Positions 41,265 through 54,911 of a DNA stretch of 64,000 bases are shown one piece after another. The notes beneath the pieces are model-generated. The model worked only from the letters and a program-made list of their open reading frames with translations, ran no database searches and was not told where the DNA came from. Each line of letters begins with the position of its first letter. Position 1 is the stretch's first letter. Source of the stretch: Octopus vulgaris. Taxonomy: Eukaryota. The stretch covers positions 44,516,001 through 44,580,000 of the forward strand of contig OX597817.1 in the NCBI GenBank assembly GCA_951406725.2, written 5' to 3'. Position numbers and translations under genes: made by a program.

Positions 41265-41580
41265 TCTTTAACTTTTTCACTTGTTGAAGTCATTTGACTG
41301 CGGCCATGCTGGAGCACCGCCTTTAGTCGTACAAATTGTCCCCAGGACTTATTCTTTGTAAGCCAAGTACTTATAGTATCGGCCCCTTTTACTGAACCGC
41401 TAAGTTACGGGGACATAAGCACATCAACATCGGTTGTCAAGCGATGGTGGGAGACAAACACACACACATACGAAGGGGCTTCTTTCAGTTTCGGTCTACC
41501 AAATCCACTCACAAAGCTTTGGGCGGCCCGAGGCTATAATACGAGACACTTGCCCAAGGTGCCACGCAGTGGGACTGAAC
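41265..41580 (-). mobile_element. SINE family A
   Basis: Homology to other family A copies. Confidence 0.82.
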
Positions 41581-42197
41581 GAATATAGACGTATGAACAT
41601 ATATGTGTGTATGTGTGTTTATGTTATGTGTGTGTGTGTGTGAGAGAAAGCGAGTGTGTGGGATCAGATCTATCAGCACTGTATTGCAGAAACGAGAGTA
41701 AATAAAGGAAACAAGTAAATATAAAAAAAAACACTCAAAAAGCTGGAAAAAGAAAACCAACAACAAAATAAAACAGAAAGCCAAACACAAAAAAAATAAA
41801 ACACAACAACAACCTAAATGCTCTGAAAGTCAATACACCGGATGTGAACGGTCACGTGGGAAGGAGATTTCTCTGAAACGTATAGGACATTGATTTAACT
41901 TAACAATGAATATGAATGAATAGTAACCAGGTGAGAAGGAGTGATAGAAGAACAAGTGGGTAATAGGTAGAGAAGAAGAAAAGATGAGAGATAGAGGGAG
42001 AGGGAGAGAGAGAGAGAGAGAGAGAGTAGTGAGAGTAAGTGGGAGAGGGAGATTTGAGAGTGGTGGATGAGAGCGTGGAAATTAAATGAGACTGTAAGTA
42101 TATGGGAACAACGGAAAAAGAGAGAAAACTGAGGAAAAGGAAATGGCTTGAAAGAGAAATAGTGTGAGACTTATACTGGAAGAAAATATGGAAGAAT

Positions 42198-42265
<68 letters not shown>

Positions 42266-42742
42266 AAAGTGAAAGTGAAAGAAAGAGTGACGAATATGTA
42301 TTTGGTGGTGGGGTAAATGAAATTGAAGGCGGTGAAAGAAGATATGGATAGTGAGAGGAAGAGAGAACTTTATATGAAAATGTAGAGGAAAAAGAGAGGA
42401 AAAGTAACACGAATAAACGTAGCAGATATAGGTGCACAGAAAGGTAGATAGATGGATAGATAGATAAGTATAGAGTGTGAGAGATGGATAGGTATAGAGT
42501 GCGAGAGAGATGTGAGAGAAATTAGAGAAAGGATGAGAAAGCAGGAGTTTAAGAACAAGGGGAAGTAAGAACAGATAAAAAAGACAACGGAAAACCTAAT
42601 TGTATGGAAGAAAGAGAACAACTAAATTGTAAGTAAAGAGAAGAATAAAATTGGAAAGAAAGGGAAAGACACCAAGAAACAGAGTAAAGGAAGATCGAAA
42701 GCAGGGAACCGTGTAAACAAACTCAGCCAGCAAGATCTATCG

Positions 42743-42773
<31 letters not shown>

Positions 42774-42840
42774 CATAAATAGGTGCGAGTGTGTGCGTAA
42801 ATATATATACATACATACATACATACATATTCATATATGT

Positions 42841-42878
<38 letters not shown>

Positions 42879-42884
42879 GCATAT

Positions 42885-43157
42885 ATGGGTATAGGACGTC
42901 ACCAACAGTGAACAGCATGAAATACGAATACAAATGAGTTCAATACTCAAACAACGAGAAAAACGAATGGAAAAGAGGACAAGTAATATAAAGAATGATT
43001 CTTCATCAGTAGGCGAATATCTATCTCCTCCCCATTTCGAGCATTGAACGACAATATGAGTTTTTGAAGACAGTTGCTCCCAAAAGTACCAAAATAAAAT
43101 TTAGGATTTATGAAGGGTCAAAGTTGGGAAGAAAACAAGTCAGTGGAGACATGCAAT
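42885..43157 (-). mobile_element. Family 2 non-coding element with scrambled hammerhead motif (43003-43079)
   Basis: RNA GAGCA A CUGUCU UCAAAAA CUCAU A UUGUCG UUCAA UGCUC GAA AUGGG GAGG AGAUAG AUAUU CGCCUA CUGAUGA; homologous to 2021-2295. Confidence 0.6.
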
Positions 43158-43490
43158 ATTTTACAGTTCCAACGTTTGTCTGTATGTTTTCTCCTCAACT
43201 TTTAATTATTTGATATCTTCCTGAAAGTTAGGATCCGATTTCCAGCAACAACTCAAAACTACATTGTAGCTAACAAAAAGCAAATTCACTCGTTGAACTT
43301 GAGAAATTGCAAAATCTTATTTCATTATTCCGATAACATTGTATCTCTAAGACAACTGTAATGTTAGCTGGTTCATCTCTTTTTCTGAGAACCTCCGTTT
43401 TCCCAGACTGTCATTTAGGCGTTTATTCACAAAACCTATTGCACCAATTATACAAATACAACTGAAATTAATTTTCAACAGTTCAACATA

Positions 43491-43910
43491 GGCGCAGGAG
43501 TAGCTGTGTGGTAAGTAGCTTGTTTACCAACCACATGGTTCCGGGTTCAGTCCCACTGCATGGCTCCTTGGGCAAGTGTCTTCTAGTATAGCTACGGGCC
43601 GACCAAAGCCTGGTGAGTGGATTTGTTATTTGGTAGACGGAAACTGAAAGAAGCCCGTCGTATATATATGTATATATGTATGTGCGTGTGTATATGTTTG
43701 TGTGTCTGTGTTTGTCCCCACCAACATCGCTTGACAACCGATGCTGGTTCTTTTAGGTCCCCGTAACTTAGCGGTCCAGCAAAAGAGACCGATAGAATAT
43801 GTACTAGGCTTACAAAGAATAAGTCCTGGGGTCGATTTGCTCGACTAAAGATGGTGCTCCAGCATGGCCACAGTCAAATGATTAAAACAAGTAAAAGAGA
43901 GCAAAGAGTA
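43491..43910 (+). mobile_element. SINE family A, full length
   Basis: Complete head to tail. Confidence 0.88.
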
Positions 43911-44744
43911 GTTGAATTTACTTTTTGTTATCTCCAATAAAATGATGTAGCTTTGTCTGTTTGTTAGCAACGAAATCTTTCCTTTCAGGAATATATGAAA
44001 TACTTAAAAGCTGAAGAGAACATATAAAAATTATTACTGTATCGTATATGTATTTACGTTTGTCTGTATGTATAATTAATGACCTGTAGGGACACCGTAT
44101 TTCGTTATGCAACCATATCATACAACAAAGTATATTAAACGTTTTTATAAGTCATTTTATAAGTACCAACTGTGTTAGTACTTTTACTACATCACTTGTT
44201 AAGGTTATCTTTACAAATATTCGGATAGGAAACGTCGTAACAAAACCTGTGTTGGTTATAACTGGTTATATAAAATCTGTACAGATAATATTAGCAGAGG
44301 TATGTATAATGAATAAATAAAAAGATAAAACTAATAAGCAAGGCGTTGTAGTCTTCAAGGGAAAATAGTATTCAAGGAAGGAAGTAAGAGATGAGTCTAG
44401 GAGGAGATAGTGTTCAATAAAATAACAAAACAGCAAAGCAAAGCAGAAAAAAAAAACAAGCGATAAAGGAAAAGAAACACCGATGGAACATTTAGAGTAA
44501 GAAAAACTGTTCGGGGCTATGTACCAAATATCGATATTTATTTTTGAGTAAAATAATCGGTTAAAATAAAATTGCCAAATTTTCAGTCGTCACCAAAATT
44601 TGGCAACAATCAATATGAAGTATCAGTGCGGTTGTCTGAATCTGTAAAATATTTCCCCTCATCATGTAATCGAGGAATCTTCACCATGAATGTTGCCATG
44701 TCAGATAAATTCTTTCACCCTCAACCACTTGTCATTCCCTCGCC

Positions 44745-45170
44745 ATATGTTTGTCCTCTCTGTGTGTAGTCCCTTGTGAGTAGTAAAGAAATAGGTATTT
44801 CGTCTGTCTTTACGTTCTGAGTTCAAATTCTTCCGAGGTCGACTTCGCCTTTCAACCTTTCGGGGTCGATAAGCTAAGTACCAGTTGCTTATTGGAGTCG
44901 ATCTAATCGACTGGCCCTCTCCCCCAAAATTTCGGGCCTTGTGCCAAGAGTAGAAAAGATCATTGTTATTGTTATTTAAAGATGTGACTTGGCAGGATCT
45001 TTAGACTATGTGTCTTTATGCTTAGCAGCATTTCTTCTGGCGTTTTACGGTCTGAGTTCAAATTCCAACGACTACGGCTTTTGGGGTCGATGCAGTATCT
45101 ACCAGTTGAGTTGAGGGATTGATATAATCGACTAAGCAACTTCTCTAAATTTATGCCGAAATTTAAAACG
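44745..45170 (+). mobile_element. SINE family B tandem/partial copies
   Basis: Nin-like domain at about 44835 and a degenerate one at about 45075. Confidence 0.75.
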
Positions 45171-47444
45171 ATTATTGTAATTATATTTACTGCTATAAAC
45201 CTGCTGTCGCATCGTATATTTTACTGCTATGAACCTGCTGTCAGATCGTAAGATCCTAAAGGTTGGACACACATAGAAGACTCTATTGCCACTCCACTTA
45301 TTAAAAATTACAGGTAAAGCACCCACAATCATATGCTAGCATCTTAAAAACGGAAGGAAAGATAACGTCGCCCAAGTGATAATAAGTCTGAAAATTAGAC
45401 ATATGGGAATTCTTTGACCATGGCTCTGCTTGATCAGAACTGACTTTTAGATAAAAAATATTAATGATAACAAGAACATTAAAAGCAAGAGCATGAACAA
45501 GAGCTGCTACTACTTCTACTATTACCTTTACTTTAAATTTAGCCCCACCCACTACTATTGCCGCTGCTGCTGACATTACGAAATTAACTGTACAGCTGTT
45601 ACTCTTCCTTTGCTCTTGTGTTACCATCTTTTCAGTATTAGATGCATGTTATGTGAGTGTCAAAGATGGTCGCCATACAAATTGCATATCTCGTAGTGGT
45701 ATATAAAATTGATTATATTTGCACAATAGCATCAGGGAAGATTGGATTTTTGAATTTACTTCTGTCGGATTCCTGACAACAACAGCTGTTGGTTGCCCCC
45801 GCCTCCTTTCTCGGTGGTGGCGAGGTTATTCTTTAAATGTAGATTAAAGGAAGGATTTGAACTTCTATCACCGGATTATAAAGAAGACATTGCAAGTGAG
45901 GGTTTTTAATATCCATCGTCTCAACTGACCATCTAAATTAATTTTATAATATAAAATTTTAAAACGAATCTGCTTGATGAGTGCTGACCTAGGGCTAAAG
46001 AACATTAACAACAGCTGTTGTTTAAAATATTAAATTAGACGCACACACGCAAAACACAGCAAAGCTTTTTTAGCCTAATTTAACATCATTACCGATATAA
46101 AAAAATGCGCACGGATAAACTAAAAAGTAATCAGAATATAATATTGATCCTAAATAAATTAGCAAATGCATAAACAGAGAAGCAAACAAATAAATAAAAG
46201 GTGCATTTGACGAAGAAAATAAATTAATAATTGATTTTTCAGATTTGTTTCATTTTGATGCATGATCTAGAACTGAGGTAAATGAGTTTACACGATTTTT
46301 AAAAGCTGTGTTGTACAGATAAAAATGAACTGTGGAAGTGAAGCTCATTTTTCATTTATTCATGCACTTTATGTATCTCTATCGAAGCAACATACTTTTT
46401 TTGTAAAACAAAAGTAAAATGAATTACAAATAGAAAACGGAACTTTAACTATGAAACTTCTCCATCATCCGCATAATGTCTGATCTAATTTGTTCATATA
46501 TAAAATCGGTTTAAATCAATGTATTTAGATTTAGGAATATAATAGTTTATCTTTTATTCTTGATTTGTTGCAGTCATTGGAAAGCAGTCACGCTGTGACA
46601 CAGCGTTGAACGGTTTTAGTTGAACCCTAGGACTTGTTCTTTGAGGCAGGGACATATTCATTTTTTTCTCTTTGATAAAAACCACTAATTTATGGGTGAC
46701 GTAAAGAAACCAACATACATACATGTATACTTATATATACAAGTTCAGGTTCATACCTGTAAGTATTGGGGGCCTGGAATATGTAAAACAAAGCCTAAAT
46801 AAAGGCCTGGGATATGTAACACAAAGCCTACGTAACACAAAACCCAAATACTAGTCTTGAGAAATTAGGCTTCTCAAAACCAGAAAGGAGAAAGCTAATT
46901 CGAAGACTACTAATCCAATCCATCACTGGAACTGTAAAAATCTGTAAAACTTCCCAGAAGTCTATCATTTAAATATATATATATGTCTAGATATGCAACT
47001 GTATGCATGTGAATACATGCATAAAACAAAACATACATACATACATACATACATACATACATACATACATACATACATACATACATACATACAAATAAAA
47101 ATGCTCTGTTGTTGATGTTGAAATTCTTATGAAGGAGCCTTGGATCTAGGTTAGAAACCGGTTCTTTTTCTATTGGCAAGAAATCTAGAAATAAACTGAA
47201 TAATGACATACATACACGCATACATACATGCATTTATCCATCCATACATACATACAAATGTGTGTGAGTGTGTGCGTGTGTATGCAAATACTGCTCGAAA
47301 ATGTACAATCTTATCACACATTGGGCCATTGTGCCTGAGAATTACTTTAACACATCATTTCAAGAGCAGTTAATCCAGTTGATTGAACAAATGATTCCCT
47401 ATATGTAAACGTATATATTTTCTTCCATTCTGTTACTTGTAATT

Positions 47445-47831
47445 ATTGTATCGGTCTCACTTGCCGAACCGCTAAGTTGCGGGGATATAAACACACCAGC
47501 AACGGTTGTCAAGCGCTGTTGGGGGGACAAACACAGATACACAAATATTTGCATACGACGGGCTTCTTTCAGTTTCCGTCTACCAAATCCACTTACAAGG
47601 CTTTGGTCGGCCCGAAGCTATATTAGAAGAAACTTGCCCAAAGTGCTACAGAGTGGGACTGAACCCGGAATCATGTGGTTTTGAAGCAAGCTTCTTACCA
47701 ACCACATGGTCCTCGGTTCAATCCCACTGCGTGGCACCTTGGGTAGGTATCTTCTAATAAAGCTTCGGGCCGACCAAAACCTTGAGTGGATTTGGTAGAC
47801 GGAAACTGAAACAAGCCCGTCGTATATATGT

Positions 47832-47903
<72 letters not shown>

Positions 47904-48150
47904 GTGTGTGTGTGTGTGTGTGTGCGTGCATATGTTTGTGTGTCTGTGTTTGTCTCCCAACATCGCTTGACAACCGATGCTTGTTTGGTTACGTCCCCGT
48001 TACTTAATGGTTCGGCAAAAGATACAAACAGAATAAGTACTAGGCGTACAAAGAATAAGTCCTGGGGTCGATTTCTTCGACTAAAGGCGGTGCTTCAGCA
48101 TAGCTGCAGTCAAATGACTGAAACAAGTAAGAGAGAGTAAAGAGAGAGAG
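47445..48150. mobile_element. Head-to-head fused pair of SINE family A copies
   Basis: Minus copy 47445-47695 directly abuts plus copy 47695-48150. Confidence 0.85.
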
Positions 48151-48324
48151 AGTATATATATATATATATATACATACACACACACATATATATATATACA
48201 TACACACACACATATATATATATATATATATTATATCCAATGTTCCGTGATGGTAGGATCAACAAAAAAAAAGGACTCCGTCTAGTGAGAGATAAATATT
48301 ATGTAATAAACACAGAATATATTT

Positions 48325-48422
48325 TTATGAGCCACTAATAGTTTCATGCAATGAAAACAACTCAGACAGCATGTTATAACACGCCTGGTGCTTTCACGCA
48401 ATCCTCAGGTTCTGCCCACATA
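48325..48422 (-). ncRNA. Degenerate type I hammerhead with long stem II (PLE pLTR-like)
   Basis: CTGAGGA, long hairpin (TGCGTGAAAGC...GTTTTCATTGCA), GAAA and palindromic ACTATTAGT; cleavage site and stem I are imperfect. Confidence 0.45.
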
Positions 48423-48639
48423 AAATCATATACTATGTTTATTAAATAATATTGTGTGTGTGTATGTGCGTGTACTTGTGTATGTGTGTGTGTGTGTGAT
48501 ATGAATGTATCTGCATGAATAACTGTATGATGCGGAAGTATCGACTAGTTTCGACCTTGGTTTTTCCCACATGCATAACAAGGATGCCTCTCGTCTCCAA
48601 CCGCAGAATTATGCTCACGAACACACACACACACGCACA

Positions 48640-48677
<38 letters not shown>

Positions 48678-49691
48678 ACACACGTGTACATGTATGTTCA
48701 CACACACATACATACACATGTTTATGTATTTATAAATGTACGTCTTTACGTACATTCATATCTCTCTCTATATATCTGTAAATATAAATCCTTATGAATT
48801 CAGAGCAATTCGCCGTGTCAGCAACGACCTATCATCATTTGCCTTCTTAATAATTTTTCTCAACCTTCTTTATAATATAAACGTAACATAACAAAAAACC
48901 CAAACATATTTTGTTTCTCTTCTCTGTTCGCTTCCTCATTGACACATGTCACAGTCCGTCATATGACAGTGTATGTAAGTAGTATTTTCCGATTCTGTGT
49001 CTTTGTCCATCCATTCACCACTTGGTAACACCTTCTGTCTTTTTTTTTTTATATTTCTCTTCTGTTCTCTTCCCTTATCAAATAATCCATTTTATCTCCA
49101 GCTAGATTTCTATTCCATTCACTCAATCCCACGCTCTCTTACTTTCCTTTTCGCTTTCGATTTTACTTCACAAAGTTTATCGTTCGTAATTTGACTGCAG
49201 GTTTCACTTCCGGTCACTAAACAACATAATTTCGCCACTATTTAATGATATTAACTTTTACTAAATTGATGGTCGCGAGAGTCCCATATCATGATGTCGA
49301 GGATGTAACGATGTTTATAATACATATTCTAATTGATTGTGTATTACGAGGCGGAAATATTATAGAAGGAGTTTAAGTTGATTACATCAAAGGTGGTACG
49401 TAGGCATTAAACATGTTTTATAAGCCCTGCATGGACGGAAGGAAAAGACAGCCATGATAATGACGAGGGCGTATGAAAGGACAGTAAGGGTTATTTCTGA
49501 TTCAGTCATTAATTTACATTAAGTGAATGAAATTTTCTTAAGGGCAACAGGGATATTAGCGAAGGTAATTATTGGCGGCGGAAATTAAAACCGGATTGTA
49601 ATTCAGCTAAACCGCTGTTTACCTCATGGTTTAAGAACAACGATAATAATAAAAATAAAAATAATAATAATACTACTAATAATAATAATGC

Positions 49692-49748
<57 letters not shown>

Positions 49749-49844
49749 TAATTAAGGTCCTTCCTGTGACTTGACGGATGACTAAAGATTCCGGAGCATT
49801 TTTTACCTACACTGTGTTACGAAGGAATAATAATAATAATAATA

Positions 49845-50195
49845 GCAATAGGAACTGAAAACTATTCGACGATGGTCCCTCGCCTGCCATCCATGCAGGA
49901 AGTGCAAAAGATTGTCTTAACTGGTTCATCCCCCTTATTGAGGAGAGCGATGTCGCTGTGAATTTTCTTTCTATTTTTTCCCTTTATTTTCTTTGTTTTC
50001 GTTTTTCATTTTTTCCTTTTTTATTGTTTCCTTTTTCTCTCTATCGTTCTTCCTCTTTTGTCTATCACATGACTTTCTAAATGAACAATCTAATTCCTTT
50101 ATTTTAATGACCTACCAATGTATATAGTGTGTTTCTTTGCCCTAGGTGTCGGGAAGACACTAGACAAGAAATGGAAACAAAATTGAAAGGAGTGG
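49845..50195 (+). pseudogene. R4/Dong-like C-terminal remnant and 3'UTR between (TAA)n tracts
   Basis: LPSMQEVQKIVLTG, then after a frameshift LRRAMSL-stop, resembles the C-terminus of the 51-53 kb element (IQKIALLGTAHILRRTLS). Confidence 0.55.
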
Positions 50196-50213
50196 ATAAT
50201 AATAATAATAATG

Positions 50214-50278
<65 letters not shown>

Positions 50279-50316
50279 TATTATTATTATAATTATTATA
50301 ATAACAATAATAATAG

Positions 50317-50821
50317 TGGCTCTCATGGCTTCTGATCTTAACTGGTTGGAAGTGTTATGCACATTGTTTTATCTTGGTATAAAAGATGGGCTACACCAAA
50401 TATCTTGCTCAATACGACAGATTTACTTGCCAGTTGTTTGACATTAACCAGTTGAGCATGTCCCTTGGTGGCTGACGTTATGTGCATCTCTGATCACGAG
50501 CAGAAGTAGCATGTGCATCATAAGCAGGTATTAAGAGGAATTCACGTGTGGAATCATGGGTGTTTTGTTCATCATCCTTAAACAGCCCTTATTCACGGAC
50601 CTTTTGAGTGGGATGGGCTAAACCTGAAGAAAATTCTACCTGAAGCCCACCTGCAAGGTCATGCGTTGTTTATCTTGATATGAGATTACCATGTCGCGCG
50701 CATATTGTTGTGATGCATGTGCCTGGTGTACCCTTATCAGACGGGTAGTCATGATGGGTATTCTGGGCTTCATATATTTTACCCCAGTGTCACTTTGATG
50801 GAATGCACGGCTCTTCCACTC
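50317..50821. mobile_element. Unclassified about 500-bp interspersed-repeat-like segment embedded in (TAA)n
   Basis: Complex sequence sharply bounded by (TAA)n on both sides; no recognisable ORF. Confidence 0.4.
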
Positions 50822-50908
50822 AATAATAATAATAATAACAATAATAACAATAACAATAACAATAATAATAATAATAACAACAATAACAATAACAATAATA
50901 ATAATAAC

Positions 50909-50940
<32 letters not shown>

Positions 50941-50962
50941 CAATAATAATAATAATAGTAAC

Positions 50963-51019
<57 letters not shown>

Positions 51020-51050
51020 GATAATAATAATAATAACAATAATAATAATA

Positions 51051-53032
51051 GTAGCACCAACAATCATAAAATTCATAGAGCACTCTATGAATAAATGGCA
51101 AACAGTCCTACACCTCCAAACAAAAGAGGGACTCATGAAAACCAAAGACATCCCCATTAGAAGAGGAATATTCCAGGGAGACACGCTCTCTCCACTCCTT
51201 TTCTGCTTGGCACTGTCACCTCTATCTGATATACTAAATAGAACTGGATGCGGATATAAATGTTACGGCAAAACGATCAGCCACCTTTTATATATGGATG
51301 ACCTAAAACTATACGCTGCAAATGACAAACAGCTGGAAACACTATTAAAGACAGTTCATGGATTTACCAAAGAAATAGATATGAAATTTGGATTAGAAAA
51401 ATGCTCCAAAGTAACCATGAAAAGAGGAAAACTAGTTAAGAGTAACAACATCACACTAGATAAAACCAATGAAATAAAAGAATTAGACCAAAGCCTAACT
51501 TACAAATACTTAGGAATCCATGAACTAGATAAGACACAACACACACAAATGAAAGAGAAAATAAAAAAAGAATATTATAGACGAGTTAGATCTATACTAA
51601 AAACAGAGCTCAATGCTAAAAACAAGATAATAGGTATCAACACTTTAGCTGTCCCAGTTATAAGTTACAGCTACAATATCCTTAACTGGACACTAAATGA
51701 ACTGACCAAAATAGATAGGAAAACAAGAAAAATAATGACAGGATCTAGGATGCATCACCCAAAATCTGACATAGAAAGACTATATATACAACGTATAGAA
51801 GGTGGTAGAGGCCTTATACAGCTGGAAAACTACTATAAAATAACCACCATAGGACTGCAAAAATATCTACTTCAGAAGGAAGGAAAACTGATCCAGATAG
51901 CGGCAAAACACGAGCAAAACAAAAAACTGTTTTCAGTATTTAAGGAAGCTGACAAATACAAACAAGAAATCATACCACCTAATAAACATGAAGAAGAAGA
52001 AGAAGAAGAAGAAGAAGAAGAAGAAGAAGAAGAAGAAGAAGAAGAAGAAGAAGAAGAAGAAGAAGAAGAAGAAGAAGAAGAAGAAGACGAAGATGAAGAA
52101 ACAACAAAAGCTATAAAACAAATGAAATCCAAACTAAAAGTAGAACAGCAACGAACCATGATAAAACGATGGCAAGAAAAGCCCCTTCATGGTAAATACT
52201 GGACTAAACTAAACGCAAAAGAAATAGACAAAGAAAAATCCCAGCAATGGTTGAGAAGCTCAGGACTCAAAGCAGAAACAGAGGGATTTTTAATTGCAGC
52301 ACAAGACCAAAGCCTCCCCACCAGAAATTACCAAAAACATGTAATGAAAAGAAATATTACAAGTAACTGCAGAATATGTGGAGATGGACAAGAAACAATA
52401 AATCATATTATCTCTAGCTGCCCAGTCCTGGCTAAGAAGGAATATATTCACAGACATGACAGAGTTGGAACCTACATACATTGGAAGCTATGCCAACATT
52501 ATGGAATAACAACAGAAAAAAGATGGTATAGGCACACACCAGAAAAGGTCACAGAAAACGAGAAAGCAACCATACTCTGGGATATGCCGATACACACAGA
52601 TAAAGAAATTAAGGCCAACAGACCAGATATAGTTGTCAGAGATCATGAAGAAAAAAATGCTTTCTAATTGATGTATCAATACCGGCAGATGACAACGTGT
52701 CTCTAAAAGAAATGGAGAAACTTTCAAAATACAAAGACCTGGAAATAGAGGTAACTAGAATGTGGAATTTGAAAACAGAAACAATTCCTATCATAGTAGG
52801 TGCATTAGGCATGATAAAAAATATTCAAACAAATACATAACAAAAACACCAGGACTTACAAACACATATAACATACAGAAAATTGCACTACTAGGCACTG
52901 CACACATCCTACGCAGAACACTTTCCATACAATAACCATCAGAGCATCACAACAAATCACAGCACATACCCAAGGCACACAGAGCTGCGCTCGGTAGTGA
53001 AGTGAAAGCACGCTATAAAAATAAAACTACTG
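51051..53032 (+). mobile_element. 5'-truncated R4/Dong-clade non-LTR retrotransposon (RT, CCHC, restriction-like endonuclease) in (TAA)n
   Basis: ORF 51087-52667 has GIFQGDTLSPLLF, YMDD, GGRGL, CRIC...HIISSC...RHD and NRPDIVV. After a frameshift in the A-run at about 52651 it reads LIDVSIP...KE.EK..KY.DL. (TAA)n on both flanks. Confidence 0.93.
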
Positions 53033-53086
53033 AATAATAATAATAATAACAATAATAATAACAATAATAATAATAATAGTAACAAC

Positions 53087-53118
<32 letters not shown>

Positions 53119-53158
53119 TAATAATAATAACAACAACAATAATAATAATAACAATAAC

Positions 53159-53221
<63 letters not shown>

Positions 53222-53429
53222 TGTAATTGTTTATCTGAGGACAATACGTTCAATATATTACGGAAATAGGGATAATCCGGTGGAGAGGATGAAACTTGGT
53301 GACGGATGTTTGTTGTCGATCATGTTACTCTGCAAAGTAGCACATACCTTCACACACTCATGTCCCCCTGCCTCGAATAATGCCAGCTCAGTAGTAATAA
53401 TAATGATAATGATGATGATGATACTGACT

Positions 53430-53980
53430 TGGGAGAACACGGAAACTGTGCGAACATAAACCAGAAGGCGTCACTGAGAATAATGAATAAAAGATCTTAT
53501 CGGATTTTACGGTCAAATGTGACTCACTAATTGACGTTCGGAGACCGGACCTTGTTGTAGTTGATGAAGGGTTAAAAAAACAAAGATTCTGGATATTGCC
53601 ATATCTAGGTGAAAAAAAGCTGGAAAAGGTAAAAAAAATACAAGATACTAAAAGACGAAGCTGCAAGAATGAGGGCAAAGAAGAGAATGCCATCCCAACG
53701 GTTGTAGGGGCATTCGGGTCCTTATCAACAATGCTTGAGAAATATGCCGGAGAAGTTGGAATTGAAATGATAGTAGAATATGCTCGAAAATGTGTTGTAT
53801 TGAGGGCAGTGAGGAGTTTGCGATTGTTACTCGGGTGTTATGTATCCTCCACACTACTAAATATCAAAGTACAAAATCTTATAATTCGTGATAAGAGACC
53901 CTGTGAGACCTTTGACAACAACAGGTTGTTGTCCGCCCTCCCAGAATTAACCGGGGGAAGATCAAGGGCTCATGGAAGTA
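53430..53980 (+). pseudogene. Older R4/Dong-like RLE-domain remnant
   Basis: HKPEGVTEN...KILSDF...RRPDLVVVD...ILDIAI...IPTVVGAFG, with stops and frameshifts. Confidence 0.75.
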
Positions 53981-53991
53981 AAATATAATAG

Positions 53992-54802
53992 TGGTTTCAA
54001 ATTTTGGCACAAAGCCAGCAATTTCTGTGATGGGTGAGGGTCAGTCGATTGCATCGACTCAAGGCCCCGCTGGTATCTTATTTTAGCGACCCCGAAAGGA
54101 TAAAAATCAAAGTCGACTCCTCGGCAGAATTTGAACTTAGAACCTAAAAATGGACGCAACACCGCTTAGCATTTTGCCCGGCGTGCTAACGATTTTTTCT
54201 ACTCTAGGCAGAAAACCAGAAATTTGGGGGAGGGACCCAGTCGATTAGATCGACCCCAGTACACAACTGGTATTTAATTTATCAACCCCGAGAGGAGGAA
54301 AGGCAAAGTCGACCTAGGCAGAATTTGAACTCAGAACATAAAAACAGACGAAATACCGCTAAGTATTTAGCCCGGCGTGCTAACGTTTCTTATTTTTTTT
54401 ATTGCCCACAAGGGGCTACACAGAGGGGACAAACTACGACAGATAAACAGATTAAGTCGATTATATCGACACCAGAGCGTAATTGGTACTTATTTAATCG
54501 TCCCCGAAAAGATGAAAGGCAAAGTCGACCTCGGTGGAATTTGAACTCAGAACGTAGCGGCAGACGAAATACCTATTTCTTTACTACCGACAAGGGGCTA
54601 AACACAGAGAGGACAAACAAGGACAGTCAAACGGATTAAGTCGATTACATTGATCCCAGTGAGTAACTGATACTTAATTTATCGACCCCGAAACGATGAA
54701 AGGCAAAGTCGACCTCGGCGGAATTTGAACTCAGAACGTAACGCAGACGAAATACAGCTACGCATTTCGCCCGACCTTCTAACGTTTCTGCCAGCTCGCT
54801 GC
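53992..54802 (-). mobile_element. Tandem cluster of four SINE family B units
   Basis: Four Nin-like domains (AAAGTCGAC at about 54108, 54306, 54521 and 54705). Confidence 0.88.
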
Positions 54803-54848
54803 TTTGACAATAATAACAACCATTATAACAATAATAATTATAGTAGTC

Positions 54849-54911
<63 letters not shown>

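Noticed and set aside
49200-49285. Promoter-like motifs CACTTCCGG and TCGCGAGA
   Set aside because: Short motifs are expected by chance, and there is no linked gene or CpG-rich context.
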